This document shows, piece by piece, positions 13,206-23,815 of a DNA stretch of 64,000 bases. The translations under genes and the position numbers were made by a program. The stretch's first letter is position 1. Every line of letters starts with the position of its first letter. The notes below the pieces were generated by a model that saw only the letters and a program-made list of their open reading frames with translations, was not told where the DNA came from and ran no database searches. The stretch spans positions 9,538-73,537 of the forward strand of contig JBJMJD010000014.1 in the NCBI GenBank assembly GCA_045806525.1, in the 5' to 3' direction. Origin of the DNA: Gaiellales bacterium. Its GTDB lineage: Bacteria > Actinomycetota > Thermoleophilia > Gaiellales > JAICJC01.

Positions 13206-14237
13206 TCACTGTAGCAGCGGCTGCAAGCGCTCCACGGCGGCGGAAACGGCCTCCTCGCCGGCGTCCAGATGGGTCACGAACCGCACCGTGCGGGGGCTGA
13301 GGTCGGCGCACAGCACACCGGCCTCCGCCATCTCGGCCACCAGCGCCGCGGCGTTCTCGCCGGCCGGGACGGCGCCGAACACGATGTTGGTCTCGACGCT
13401 TTCGGGATCCACCCGCAGGCGGCGGGAGCCGGCCAGGCCCTCGGCCAGGAGGCGGGCGTTTGCATGGTCGTCGGCCAGGCGGTCGACGTGGTGCCGGACC
13501 GCGTGCAGGGCGCCGGCGGCGATGATGCCGGCCTGTCGCATGCCGCCGCCCAGCAGCTTGCGGTTGCGGCGGGCGGTCTCGATCAGCTCGGCGTCCCCGA
13601 CGACGGCCGACCCGACGGGGGCGCCCAGGCCCTTCGAGAAGCAGACGGAGACGGAGTCGACGTCACGCACGATCCGGGCGGGGTCGCTGTCCGAGGCCAC
13701 GGCGGCGTTCCAGAGCCGGGCACCGTCCATGTGCAGGCGCATACCGCGCCCGTGGGCGAAGGCGGCGATGTCGTCGATCCGGCCCTGCGGGAAGATCAGG
13801 CCACCCTGCTCGCCGATCGTGTTCTCGATGCAGATCAGGTGCTGGCGGGCGTGATGCTCGTCGGCGGGGTCGCGCAGCCACGGCTCCAGCTGATCAGGGC
13901 CGGGCAGGCCGCGCTCGCCGGCGATCATGCGTGTCTGCACGCTCGACAACACCGCCACGGCCCCTGCCTCGTGGACGATCACGTGGGCCAGCTCATGCAC
14001 CAGGATCTCGTCGCCGGGCCGGGTCTGGCAGCGGATCGCGATCTGGTTGCCCATCGTGCCGGACGGGACGTAGAGGGCCGCCTGCTTGCCAAGCAAGGCC
14101 GCCACCTCGCGCTCGAGCTCGATCACGGTGGGGTCGTCGCCCCAGACGTCGTCGCCGACCTCGGCGGTGGCCATCGCCTCGCGCATGGCGGAGGTGGGAC
14201 GGGTGACGGTGTCAGAGCGAAGGTCGATCGGCTGCAT
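13206..14237 (-). CDS. ltaE: Low-specificity L-threonine aldolase
   Basis: [41 protein letters not shown]; start trimmed to ATG 14237. Confidence 0.93.
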   Translation of the reverse strand: MQPIDLRSDTVTRPTSAMREAMATAEVGDDVWGDDPTVIELEREVAALLGKQAALYVPSGTMGNQIAIRCQTRPGDEILVHELAHVIVHEAGAVAVLSSVQTRMIAGERGLPGPDQLEPWLRDPADEHHARQHLICIENTIGEQGGLIFPQGRIDDIAAFAHGRGMRLHMDGARLWNAAVASDSDPARIVRDVDSVSVCFSKGLGAPVGSAVVGDAELIETARRNRKLLGGGMRQAGIIAAGALHAVRHHVDRLADDHANARLLAEGLAGSRRLRVDPESVETNIVFGAVPAGENAAALVAEMAEAGVLCADLSPRTVRFVTHLDAGEEAVSAAVERLQPLLQ

Positions 14238-14245
14238 GGCGCTGG

Positions 14246-14255
14246 AGCGTATCCT
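14246..14255. promoter_or_regulatory. Putative bidirectional promoter with overlapping -10 boxes for ltaE and the DUF1272 gene
   Basis: TATCCT (+, 14250-55) lies 6 nt before ATG 14262; TACGCT (-, 14251-46) lies 8 nt before ATG 14237. Confidence 0.55.
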
Positions 14256-14261
14256 CTCCAC

Positions 14262-14435
14262 ATGGCGCTTGAGATGCGAGCCGTCTGCGAGCGGTGCGAC
14301 ACGTCGCTGGGGCACGGCGACGACGCCCGCATCTGCAGCTTCGAGTGCACCTTCTGCGCGCGCTGTGCCGAGCGGATGCACCACACGTGTCCGAACTGCG
14401 GCGGCGAGCTAGTGGCGCGGCCGCGGCGGCGGTAG
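14262..14435 (+). CDS. DUF1272 family small Cys-rich protein
   Basis: [41 protein letters not shown]. Confidence 0.9.
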   Translation: MALEMRAVCERCDTSLGHGDDARICSFECTFCARCAERMHHTCPNCGGELVARPRRR

Positions 14436-14473
14436 CCGCGCATCCGCCGAGCGGGCTCGGGTAGCATCGCCGC

Positions 14474-16177
14474 ATGGCAGCACGGCGGCCGAGCGCATAC
14501 CCACCCCCGGTCAAGGTGGGCGAGTTCGTCCAGGCTCCGGAGGCGGAGGAGGACGAGCGCATCGACGTGGGCGTGGTCTTCGTCGGGGCCGGACCGGCGG
14601 GGCTGGCGGGAGCGATCCGGCTGGGACAGCTGCTGGCGGATGACCCTGCGACGGCGGAGCGGCTGGGCGAAACGCCGATCGCCGTGCTCGACAAGGGACG
14701 GGTGGCGGGAGCGCACCTGCTGTCGGGGGCGGTGGTGAACCCGTCGGCGCTGCGCGACCTGCTGCCCGGTGAGGACGTGGCAGCGCTGCCGGGCTGCTTC
14801 GGGCCGGTCACCAAGGAAGCCGTCTACCTGATGAGCAAGTCGTTCGAGGTGCGGATCCCGACGCCGCCGCCGTTCCACAACAAGGGCAACCTGGTGTTCT
14901 CGCTGTCCCAGCTGGGGCGGCACATGGCGGAGCTGGCGGAGCAGCTGGGAGCGATGGTGCTGCCGGAGACCGACGCTCAGCGGCTGCTGGTGGCGGACGG
15001 GGCGGTGCGCGGTGTCAAGACAGGCGACAAAGGACTCGGGCGCGAGGGCGAGCCGCTCGGGTCGTACGAGCCGGGCGTCGAGGTGCACGCGCAGGCGACG
15101 GTGTTGTCAGAGGGGACGCAGGGACACCTGGCGCAGGCGGCGATGGAGCGGTTCGGGCTGCGGGGCGAATTCCCGCAGGCGTGGAGCCTGGGCGTGAAGG
15201 AGGTGTGGCGGGTCGCGAAGCCGCTCGACCACGTGATCCACACGCTGGGCTGGCCGTTTCGCACGACGCGGAAGGATCGGGAGATCGGCGGTAGCTTCAT
15301 CTACCCGATGGGGCCGGACATGGTGGCGATCGGGCTGGTGCTGGGGCTGGACTACCGCGACTCGACGCTGTCGGTGCACGACTCGCTGCAGCTGTTCAAG
15401 ACGCATCCGATGGTGCGGCAGCTGCTGGAGGGTGGCGAGCGGATCGGGTGGGGCGCAAAGACGATCCCGGAGGGCGGGTTCCTGGCGCTGCCGTCGAGTC
15501 TGTCGATGCCGGGGGCGGTGCTGACGGGAGACAGCGCGGGGTTCGTGAACGTGCCGAAGCTGAAAGGGATCCACTACGCGATGCGATCGGGGATGCTGGC
15601 GGCGGAGACCATCTACGAGCAGCTGAAGGCGGGCCAGGACCTGTCGGCGCCGAAGTCGCTGGCGGGGTACGACCAGCGTGTGCAGTCAAGCCACATCTGG
15701 AGCGACCTCAAGCGGGTCAGGAACATGCGCCAGGCGCTCGGCAAGGGATTTGCCGTGGGCGGGCCGATCGGCGGGCTGATGGACATCAGCCGCGGTGCGC
15801 TGCCGCCGGGCAACTGGAAGTTCCACAGCGACGCGGAGGCGGCGGTCGAGCCGCACCCGGGCAAGCGGGTGTATCCGGCGCCGGACGGGAAGCTCACGTT
15901 CGACAAGCTCTCGAGCGTATTCCTGTCAGGCAACCGCAGCCGCGACGACCAGCCCAACCACATCCGCGTCCAGGAGAACGTGCCGCGCGAGGTGGCAGAG
16001 GCGTGGGCGGCAATGTGCCCCGCGGCGGTCTACGAGATAGGGCGCGACGACGGCGGCCCGACCGTGCAGCTGAAGCTGGCGCCGTCGAACTGCGTGCAGT
16101 GCGGGGCGATCACCGCCAAGGGCGGCCGGCTGACGCCGCCCGAGGGCGGCAGCGGCCCCGAGTACTCGAACATGTAG
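14474..16177 (+). CDS. Electron transfer flavoprotein-quinone oxidoreductase (ETF-QO/FixC-like)
   Basis: VGAGPAGL FAD motif, GAHLLSGAV, WGAKTIPEGG, KLKGIHYAM.SG, C-terminal CPA..CxxC..PEGGSGP. Confidence 0.93.
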   Translation: MAARRPSAYPPPVKVGEFVQAPEAEEDERIDVGVVFVGAGPAGLAGAIRLGQLLADDPATAERLGETPIAVLDKGRVAGAHLLSGAVVNPSALRDLLPGEDVAALPGCFGPVTKEAVYLMSKSFEVRIPTPPPFHNKGNLVFSLSQLGRHMAELAEQLGAMVLPETDAQRLLVADGAVRGVKTGDKGLGREGEPLGSYEPGVEVHAQATVLSEGTQGHLAQAAMERFGLRGEFPQAWSLGVKEVWRVAKPLDHVIHTLGWPFRTTRKDREIGGSFIYPMGPDMVAIGLVLGLDYRDSTLSVHDSLQLFKTHPMVRQLLEGGERIGWGAKTIPEGGFLALPSSLSMPGAVLTGDSAGFVNVPKLKGIHYAMRSGMLAAETIYEQLKAGQDLSAPKSLAGYDQRVQSSHIWSDLKRVRNMRQALGKGFAVGGPIGGLMDISRGALPPGNWKFHSDAEAAVEPHPGKRVYPAPDGKLTFDKLSSVFLSGNRSRDDQPNHIRVQENVPREVAEAWAAMCPAAVYEIGRDDGGPTVQLKLAPSNCVQCGAITAKGGRLTPPEGGSGPEYSNM

Positions 16178-16200
16178 CGGGTCCGGCTCGCAACGGGTGC

Positions 16201-16237
16201 CACGAATGCAACACCGGTGCCAGGCGCGGGTGTTGCG
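16201..16237 (+). repeat. REP-like palindromic repeat, copy 1
   Basis: CACGAATGCAACACCGGTGCCAGGCGCGGGTGTTGCG; GCAACACC/GGTGTTGC stem. Confidence 0.8.
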
Positions 16238-16362
16238 CCGACCTTTTGCAACCGCGCCGCGACGCGGGTCACGAGCACCTCGCGCAGGCGTGACAGGAAC
16301 CGGCACCGCATTTCGCAGAATCCGGCTCTACAGGCGGCCGCTCAGGATGTTGCATCGCCTGT

Positions 16363-16399
16363 CACGAATGCAACACCGGTGCCAGGCGCAGGTGTTGCG
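16363..16399 (+). repeat. REP-like palindromic repeat, copy 2
   Basis: 36/37 identical to copy 1, offset by 162 bp. Confidence 0.8.
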
Positions 16400-16410
16400 T
16401 GACGGCGGCG

Positions 16411-16962
16411 TTACGCGGCCGTGACGGGGGGCGCGTCCAGCCAGCCCACAACCTGAAACCAGTGCGGCTCGGGCAGCGGGTTCTGCTCGACGCGCATGCC
16501 CAGCCGCCGCATGACCGCGATCGAGGCCAGGTTGTCGCGCTCGGTGGTCGCGACGATCCGTGCCAGCCCGAGCTGGGCAAAGCCGTGGTCGATCACGGCC
16601 CGCGCCGCCTCGGTGGCATAGCCGTTCCCGCGGTGCTCGGGCGCGACCGCCCAGTACAGCCCGACCTCGGGCCGCAGCCGATCCGCCGGCCCGACAGCGC
16701 CGCCGAAGCCCGGCAGCTGGGCGAACGGCCCCATCGAGGGCACGATCCCCACCATCCCCACCAGCTCGCCGCCGTCACGCAGGCAGATCGCCCGCTCGCC
16801 GTACGGCGGCTGGCGCAGCACCTCGAGCTGCCCGTAGGTCGCCGCCGTCCACTCCAGCCAGCCGGGGTGCGAGTCGCCCGACACGGCACGCACCGCGTCG
16901 GCGTCCCGCGGCGACAGCGGACGCACCCGCAACCGTTCCGTCTGGAGCACCGGCAGCCTCAC
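16411..16962 (-). CDS. GNAT family N-acetyltransferase (RimJ-like)
   Basis: LQTERLRVRP, PEHRGNGYATEAA, N.AS..VMRRLGM. Confidence 0.88.
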   Translation of the reverse strand: MRLPVLQTERLRVRPLSPRDADAVRAVSGDSHPGWLEWTAATYGQLEVLRQPPYGERAICLRDGGELVGMVGIVPSMGPFAQLPGFGGAVGPADRLRPEVGLYWAVAPEHRGNGYATEAARAVIDHGFAQLGLARIVATTERDNLASIAVMRRLGMRVEQNPLPEPHWFQVVGWLDAPPVTAA

Positions 16963-16971
16963 GCGGCGAGG

Positions 16972-17409
16972 CTACCCGGTCTCGGCCCAGTCCCGCTCCA
17001 GGTCGACCACCACGTGCGTGATCGGCACGTCGAACTTCTCCTCGGCCCGCTCGACCGTCTTCTTCTCCAGCCAGTTCGACCGCTCCCGCGGGTGCGTCGA
17101 GATCACGATCTCGTCGGCGTCGAACTCGAACAGCGCGTCCTCGATCGCCCGCACCGGGTCGCTGTCGCCCACCGCCCCGCGGGCCTGGATGCCGCTCGCC
17201 TGCAGGTGCTCGATCGATTCGGCCAGCCGCTGCTCCGCACCCTCGCGGGCCTTGTCCACGTCCGCGAACAGGTGCCGCAGCCGCGTGTTCAGGGCCGGTG
17301 CCACGACCAGCACCTCGGCCCCGTCAGCCGCGCGAGCGCGCAGATCATCGAGCAGCTCGCGCCCGGCCACGGTCTCGTTGGCGACCACAAGGATCCGCCG
17401 TTCGGCCAT
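16972..17409 (-). CDS. USP-like alpha/beta domain protein
   Basis: RILVVANET, GDSDPVRAIEDAL, DEIVIST, VPITHVVV resemble the universal stress protein fold. Confidence 0.6.
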   Translation of the reverse strand: MAERRILVVANETVAGRELLDDLRARAADGAEVLVVAPALNTRLRHLFADVDKAREGAEQRLAESIEHLQASGIQARGAVGDSDPVRAIEDALFEFDADEIVISTHPRERSNWLEKKTVERAEEKFDVPITHVVVDLERDWAETG

Positions 17410-17452
17410 GTCGGCAGACTAGCGCAGTATCGTGACGATTGCAGCTAACTCG

Positions 17453-18403
17453 CTACCGCGCGGTCAGCGCCTCCGTCAGCTTCGGCATCACCGTCAGCAC
17501 GTCCCCGACCACGCCGAGGTCGGCGAACTCGAAGATGGGCGCGTTCACGTCCTTGTTGATCGCCACGATCACCCCGGCGTTGGCCATCCCCACCTTGTGC
17601 TGGATCGCCCCCGAGATGCCGCAGGCGACGTACAGCTTGGGCGACACCGTCTTGCCGGTCTGCCCCACCTGCATCGAGTACGACGTCCAGCCCGCGTCGA
17701 CCACGGCCCGCGTCGCCGCCACCTCACCGCCCAGCGCCCTGGCCAGCTGCTCCACCACCGGGATGTTCTCCGGCCCGCCGATGCCGCGGCCGAACGCCAC
17801 CAGCACGTCTGCCTCGGTGATGTCGACCCCGCCCGTCTCGGCCTGCTCGCGACCGGCCATGCGCGCCGCCGACGACCAGTCCTGCACCGTCACCGCCACC
17901 CGCTCCACCGGCGCCGTGCCCGACCCGGTCGGCTCCGACGCGAACGCGTTCGCGCGGCCCAGGATGATCGCCGGAGACGACGCGAACGTCGATTCGACCA
18001 TCACCGTGTCGCCCAGCGCCGGTCGCACCGCGACCGCGCCGCCGTCGTCCAGTGTGAAGTCGGTCGTCTCGCAGTTGATGCCGGAGCCGACCCGCGCCGC
18101 CAGCCCCGCGGCCACGTCGGCCGAGACGACGCCGGCGCCGAACACCACCGCGTCGGCCTCCCGCGCATGCGGTTCCAGCGCATCCACTAGCGGCTGTGGC
18201 AATCCCGCCAGCGCCGCGTCGTCTGCGACCAGCACCCTGGACGCGCCGTAGGCACCGAGGCCCCCCGCCCACGCATCGTCGATGCCGGAGCCGCCCACGA
18301 ACGCGGTCACCTCGCCGCCCAACGATGCCGCCTTCGCCAGCACGCCCAGGCTGTTCGGGTTGAACGCTCCCTCGTCGTGATCCATGAACACGATCGTCGC
18401 CAT
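17453..18403 (-). CDS. etfA: Electron transfer flavoprotein alpha subunit
   Basis: QVGQTGK, LYVACGISGAIQH, AINKD..APIF. Confidence 0.96.
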   Translation of the reverse strand: MATIVFMDHDEGAFNPNSLGVLAKAASLGGEVTAFVGGSGIDDAWAGGLGAYGASRVLVADDAALAGLPQPLVDALEPHAREADAVVFGAGVVSADVAAGLAARVGSGINCETTDFTLDDGGAVAVRPALGDTVMVESTFASSPAIILGRANAFASEPTGSGTAPVERVAVTVQDWSSAARMAGREQAETGGVDITEADVLVAFGRGIGGPENIPVVEQLARALGGEVAATRAVVDAGWTSYSMQVGQTGKTVSPKLYVACGISGAIQHKVGMANAGVIVAINKDVNAPIFEFADLGVVGDVLTVMPKLTEALTAR

Positions 18404-19189
18404 CTAGATCACGCCCCTCTCGGCCAGGAACTCGATGATCGCGCCGGCCGAGTCTCCGCCCGAATCCTCGATCCGCCGACCCTCCTGCTTGGCCGGCGGC
18501 GGCGACACGCTGCGCACCACGCTCTTCGCCCCGGCCTCGCCCACCCGCGCCGGGTCGATCCCGGCGTCCGCGGCAGAGACCTGGTCGGTCGGCTTCTTCT
18601 TGGCACCCATGATCGCCTTGATCGAGGGCAGCCTCGGCGTGTTGATCGCATCCGACACCGAGATCACCGCCGGCAGCGGCGCCTCGATCACGTCGTAGCC
18701 GTGCTCGGTCTGGCGCTTGGCCCGCAGCGTCCCGCCCTCCAGCGACAGAGACGCCACCTGCGTCACCAGCGGCCTGCGCAGGTGGTCGGCGACCGCCGCA
18801 GCCATCACGTAGCAGTCGGCGTCGGACGCCTGCTGGCCGAGGATCACGAGGTCGGCGTTCTGCCCCTCGAGCACCGTCGCCAGCGCGTACGCCGTGCCGC
18901 TGATGTCGGAGCCGGCCAGCGCCGGATCGGTCAGCAGCACGACCCGGTCGGCGCCCAGCGCCAGCGCCTTCTGCAGCGGCCGCTGGGCGTTCTCGCGGCC
19001 CATGCAGACGGCCACGATCTCCTCCACCTCATGGCCCGCCTCGCGCAGCTTGATCGCCTCTTCCAGGCCGTGCACGTCGAACGGATTCAGCTCGCTGTCG
19101 CCCGACCGGTCGAGCCGGTATGTGGACGGGTCGAGCCGCTTCGCGCTGGTCGCGCTCGGCACCTCTTTCACGCAAACTGCGATGTTCAA
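18404..19189 (-). CDS. etfB: Electron transfer flavoprotein beta subunit
   Basis: MNIAVCVKEVP, LNPFD, INTPRLPSIKAIMGAKKK. Confidence 0.96.
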   Translation of the reverse strand: MNIAVCVKEVPSATSAKRLDPSTYRLDRSGDSELNPFDVHGLEEAIKLREAGHEVEEIVAVCMGRENAQRPLQKALALGADRVVLLTDPALAGSDISGTAYALATVLEGQNADLVILGQQASDADCYVMAAAVADHLRRPLVTQVASLSLEGGTLRAKRQTEHGYDVIEAPLPAVISVSDAINTPRLPSIKAIMGAKKKPTDQVSAADAGIDPARVGEAGAKSVVRSVSPPPAKQEGRRIEDSGGDSAGAIIEFLAERGVI

Positions 19190-19220
19190 CCCTCTCCCCC
19201 TGCTTCGTATGCTGGTTGCA

Positions 19221-19996
<776 letters not shown>

Positions 19997-19997
<1 letters not shown>

Positions 19998-20392
19998 CAG
20001 GAGGCCAGCCTGGTCTCGAGGAAGTCGACGATCTCCGCAGTGGGAGCCCCAGGCGTATACACCTCGGCCACGCCCTGCTCCTTCAGCACCGGGATGTCGT
20101 CAGCCGGGATGGTGCCGCCGAGCACCACCAGCACGTCGTCGGCGCCCTGGTCCCGCAGCAGCTCCATGATGCGCGGCACCAGCGTCATGTGCGCACCCGA
20201 CAGGATCGACAGGCCAACCGCGTCGGCATCCTCCTGGATCACCGTCTCGACGATCTGCTCCGGCGTCTGGTGCAGGCCGGTGTAGATCACCTCCATGCCC
20301 GCGTCGCGCAGGGTGCGGGCGATGATCTTTGCTCCGCGATCGTGCCCGTCCAAGCCGGGCTTCGCGACGACGACTCGAATCGGGCGGTCCAT
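19997..20392 (-). CDS. Acyl-CoA mutase cobalamin-binding small subunit (IcmB-like)
   Basis: [10 protein letters not shown] (DxHxxG motif), GLSILSGAH; start at ATG 20392. Confidence 0.93.
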
Positions 20393-20430
20393 ATTGTCCG
20401 CGAGTCTACCCAGCGCACCCAGGCAACGGG

Positions 20431-20751
20431 TCACTCGGTCTCGGCAGGCGCAAACGCGACCAGCAGCTCCAGCCGCTGCTCGATCGAGTGGAAGCGGTGC
20501 TCGACGTGCCTGGCGACGTACACCACGGACCCGGCCCGCACCGCGCGATCCTCGCCGTCGACGTGGACCCGGGCGCGCCCGGCGATCACGTAGTAGATCT
20601 CGTCCTCGCGGTGCGGGCCCTGCGGGTCGTCCGCGCCCGCCTCCAGCACGTACAACCCGGCGCTGATCGAGGGCACGCGCAGGAACTCCTGGTAGAGCCG
20701 GCCCGCCGCCACGCGGTCGGCCTCGACCTGTGCGATCTCGTAGGCGTCCAC
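20431..20751 (-). CDS. Cupin domain protein
   Basis: [18 protein letters not shown]. Confidence 0.85.
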   Translation of the reverse strand: MDAYEIAQVEADRVAAGRLYQEFLRVPSISAGLYVLEAGADDPQGPHREDEIYYVIAGRARVHVDGEDRAVRAGSVVYVARHVEHRFHSIEQRLELLVAFAPAETE

Positions 20752-20760
20752 GCACCGATC

Positions 20761-22380
20761 CTAGAACACGGGCGTTTCGCGGTACACGCCCCATACCGAC
20801 CGCAGGGCGTCGCAGATCTCGCCCTCGCTGGCGTAGGCCCGCGCGCACTCGACCAGGTGCGGCATTACATTCTCGTCCGCGGCAGCGGCCCGCTGCAGCC
20901 CGGCCAGGGCCGTGTCCACCGCGGCCTGGCTGCGATCGCCTCGCACGGCCCGCAGCCGCGCAACCTGCCGCTCCTCGACCTCGAACGGCACCTGCAGCGT
21001 CTCCAGCGGCTGGTCGTCGCCCTCGGTGAACGCGTTCACGCCCACGATCGCTCGCCGGCCCGACTCCACCTCCTGCTGGAACCGGAAGCTGGCCTCTGCG
21101 ATCTCGCGCTGGAAGAAGTTCTCGTTCAGGGCCGCGACCACGCCGCCCAGCCGGTCGATGCGGTCGAAGTAGTCGTAGGCCTGGCGCTCCAACTCGTCGG
21201 TCAGCGACTCCACCAGCCACGAACCGCCCAGGGGGTCGGCGACGCTGGTCACGCCGGTCTCGTGTGCGATCACCTGCTGGGTGCGCAGCGCCAAGCGGGC
21301 CGCATGCTCGGTCGGCAGCGCCAGCGCCTCGTCGTAGCTGTTGGTGTGCAGCGACTGGGTGCCGCCCATCACTGCCGCCAGCGCCTCGATGGCGGTGCGC
21401 ACGATGTTCACCTGGGGCTGCTGCGCGGTCAGCGAGACGCCCGCCGTCTGTGTGTGGAAACGCATCAACAGCGCCCGCTCCGTCGTGGCGCCGTAGCGCT
21501 CGCGCAGCACCCGCGCCCAGATCCGCCTGGCAGCGCGGTACTTGGCGATCTCCTCGAAGAAGTCGATGTGCGCGTTGAAGAAGAACGACAGCCGCGGTGC
21601 GAACTCGTCGACGTCCAGCCCGCGCGCGATCGAGTGCTCGACGTAGGCGAACCCGTCGGCCAGGGTGAACGCCAGCTCCTGCGCGGCGGTCGCTCCCGCC
21701 TCGCGGATGTGGTAACCCGAGATCGACACCGGGTGCCAGCGTGGCATGGTGCGGGTACACCACTCGATCATGTCGATCATCAGCCGCATCGACGGCTCCG
21801 GTGGGAAGATCCACTCCTTCTGGGCGATGTACTCCTTGAGGATGTCGGCCTGGATCGTGCCGCCCAGGCGCTCGGCGGAGACGCCCTGACGCTCGGCCAC
21901 GCACACATACTGGGCAAGCACGATGGCGGCCGGCGCATTCACGGTCATCGAGGTGGTGACCTGGTCGAGCGGGATGCCGCGGAACAGGTCCTCCATGTCG
22001 GCCAGCGTGTCAACCGCTACCCCCTCGCGCCCGACCTCGCCCAGGGAGCGGGCGTGGTCCGAGTCGTAGCCCATCAAGGTGGGCATGTCGAACGCCGTCG
22101 AGAGGCCGGTCTGCCCGTGGTCGAGCAGGTAGCGGAAGCGCCGGTTGGTCTCCTCGGCGGTGCCGAAGCCGGCGAACTGCCGCATCGTCCATGTCCTGCC
22201 GCGGTACATCGATCCGTAGACGCCGCGGGTGAACGGGTAGCTGCCGGGATCGCCGAGGTCGCGGTCGTAGTCGATCGGCGTCGTCTCGGGCGTATACAGC
22301 GGCTCGAGCGGAATGCCGGAGATGGTCGCGTGCTGATCTGCGGCTGCGCCGTCTGGATCGGGGACGCGGGCGGTCGCCAT
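20761..22380 (-). CDS. B12-dependent acyl-CoA mutase large subunit, probably isobutyryl-CoA mutase (IcmA-like)
   Basis: [48 protein letters not shown]. Confidence 0.9.
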   Translation of the reverse strand: MATARVPDPDGAAADQHATISGIPLEPLYTPETTPIDYDRDLGDPGSYPFTRGVYGSMYRGRTWTMRQFAGFGTAEETNRRFRYLLDHGQTGLSTAFDMPTLMGYDSDHARSLGEVGREGVAVDTLADMEDLFRGIPLDQVTTSMTVNAPAAIVLAQYVCVAERQGVSAERLGGTIQADILKEYIAQKEWIFPPEPSMRLMIDMIEWCTRTMPRWHPVSISGYHIREAGATAAQELAFTLADGFAYVEHSIARGLDVDEFAPRLSFFFNAHIDFFEEIAKYRAARRIWARVLRERYGATTERALLMRFHTQTAGVSLTAQQPQVNIVRTAIEALAAVMGGTQSLHTNSYDEALALPTEHAARLALRTQQVIAHETGVTSVADPLGGSWLVESLTDELERQAYDYFDRIDRLGGVVAALNENFFQREIAEASFRFQQEVESGRRAIVGVNAFTEGDDQPLETLQVPFEVEERQVARLRAVRGDRSQAAVDTALAGLQRAAAADENVMPHLVECARAYASEGEICDALRSVWGVYRETPVF

Positions 22381-22422
22381 GTCGGCAGGTTATACCCCGG
22401 CCTCGGCTGTGCTCGTTCGTTC

Positions 22423-22698
22423 CTAGTACACGGAGACGGCCCGCTCGGCCGTCCAGGTGTGGCCGCTCTTGGTGACGTGCACCGTGAACTCGTGGCCGTT
22501 CGAGGTCTTGACCGTGCAGTCGGCGATGCTGCCGTTGACCGCGCAGTGCACGTCGGTGGCCTTGACCGGAGCCATCTCGCGGTTCACGTCATCGCGCACC
22601 TTGCCCTCCATCCACGAGTGGGTGGGGTGGAAGTGGTGGTAGAACGGCACTCCCAGCAGCAGCACGGGGAGCAGCACGAATCGACGTAGCCGGCGCAT
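22423..22698 (-). CDS. Small secreted or membrane-anchored hypothetical protein
   Basis: Signal-like N-terminus [16 protein letters not shown], 2 Cys; fills the gap between co-oriented genes. Confidence 0.6.
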   Translation of the reverse strand: MRRLRRFVLLPVLLLGVPFYHHFHPTHSWMEGKVRDDVNREMAPVKATDVHCAVNGSIADCTVKTSNGHEFTVHVTKSGHTWTAERAVSVY

Positions 22699-22735
22699 AC
22701 CTTGGAGATCGGCAGGCCCGGGAAAACCTTGACGC

Positions 22736-23311
22736 TCAGGCCAACGAGCTCCCAGGCTGCCACAGCACGTCGCCGCAGCCCTCGTCGTTGTGGACGCGGG
22801 CGAGGATGAACAGCAGGTCGGACAGCCGGTTCAGGTAGGACAACGCGTGCGGGTTGACTGTCGCCTCAGCCGACAACGCAACCACGTGACGCTCGGCGCC
22901 GCGGCAGACGGTGCGCGCCAGGTGCAGTGCCGCCGACTGGGGCGTTCCGCCCGACAGCACGAAGCTGGTGAGGGGCGCGAGCCGCTCACCCTGCTCGTCG
23001 CAGGCCGCCTCGAGAGCGGCCACGTGCTGCTCGGTGATGCGGAGCCGCGACTTGCCGTGCCCGCGCTCGGTGTCGATCGGCACCGCCAGATCCGCGCCGA
23101 GGTCGAACAGGTCGTTCTGGACGCGGCGCAGCAGATCGGCGGCGGCCGGCTCGAGCCCGGTCGCGATCGCAACACCGATGGCCGCGCCGGTCTCATCGAC
23201 CGTGCCGTAGGCCCAGATCCGGGCCGAACTCTTCGACACGCGCTCACCGTCGCCGAGCGACGTCTCGCCGGCGTCGCCTGCACGCGTGTAGATGCGGTCG
23301 AGGCGAACCAT
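22736..23311 (-). CDS. Cob(I)alamin adenosyltransferase, PduO type
   Basis: RIYTRAGDAGET, YGTVDE, ARTVCRGAER, YLNRLSDLLF; start at ATG 23311. Confidence 0.93.
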   Translation of the reverse strand: MVRLDRIYTRAGDAGETSLGDGERVSKSSARIWAYGTVDETGAAIGVAIATGLEPAAADLLRRVQNDLFDLGADLAVPIDTERGHGKSRLRITEQHVAALEAACDEQGERLAPLTSFVLSGGTPQSAALHLARTVCRGAERHVVALSAEATVNPHALSYLNRLSDLLFILARVHNDEGCGDVLWQPGSSLA

Positions 23312-23345
23312 CAGGCACACAGGGTAGTTGCGGCGGCGGACACCG

Positions 23346-23783
23346 TCAGCAGGCTGCCGACCCCGCTGCGATCGCGTCGCCCATGCGGCGCCGTTGCTCG
23401 GCACTGCGGGTAAAGGCGGGAGCTTCCATGGCGATAGGCCGGCCCTCGAAGGGGTCGCCGGGAAACCGCGGGTACAGGTGAAGGTGGAGGTGGCGGATCC
23501 AGTTGCCATGGATCTCGTAGTTCATCTTCTCGGGGTCGAGCAGCGTGCTGAGCGCGCGAGCAACGACCATCGAATCGCGCCAGAAGGCGACCATCTCGTC
23601 GTCAGGCAGATGGAACGGCTCCTCCACGTGGCGCCTGGCCACGACGCACGCGTAGCCCGGCAGCACGGCCACCGGCGGCGCCGAAACCCAGGTGGCGTCC
23701 AGCTCGGCGATCACGTCCAACGGACGCCCGCTCGCGCAGATCGGACATCGGGTGCGTTCGATCGACGACATCGGTTCGAGCAT
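23346..23783 (-). CDS. HIT family protein
   Basis: CPIC, NYEIHGN..RHLHLHLYPR; start may be ATG 23771. Confidence 0.88.
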   Translation of the reverse strand: MLEPMSSIERTRCPICASGRPLDVIAELDATWVSAPPVAVLPGYACVVARRHVEEPFHLPDDEMVAFWRDSMVVARALSTLLDPEKMNYEIHGNWIRHLHLHLYPRFPGDPFEGRPIAMEAPAFTRSAEQRRRMGDAIAAGSAAC

Positions 23784-23815
23784 ACATTCCGCCGAGACCC
23801 GGATACCGTGTCGCG

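Noticed and set aside
16201-16399. Possible CRISPR array from the 37-bp palindromic direct repeats
   Set aside because: Only two copies, the 125-bp gap is too long for a spacer, there are no cas genes, and a dispersed third copy fits a REP-like element better.
22381-22735. Cobalamin riboswitch near the mutase and PduO genes
   Set aside because: Intergenic gaps are too short and no B12-box was seen.
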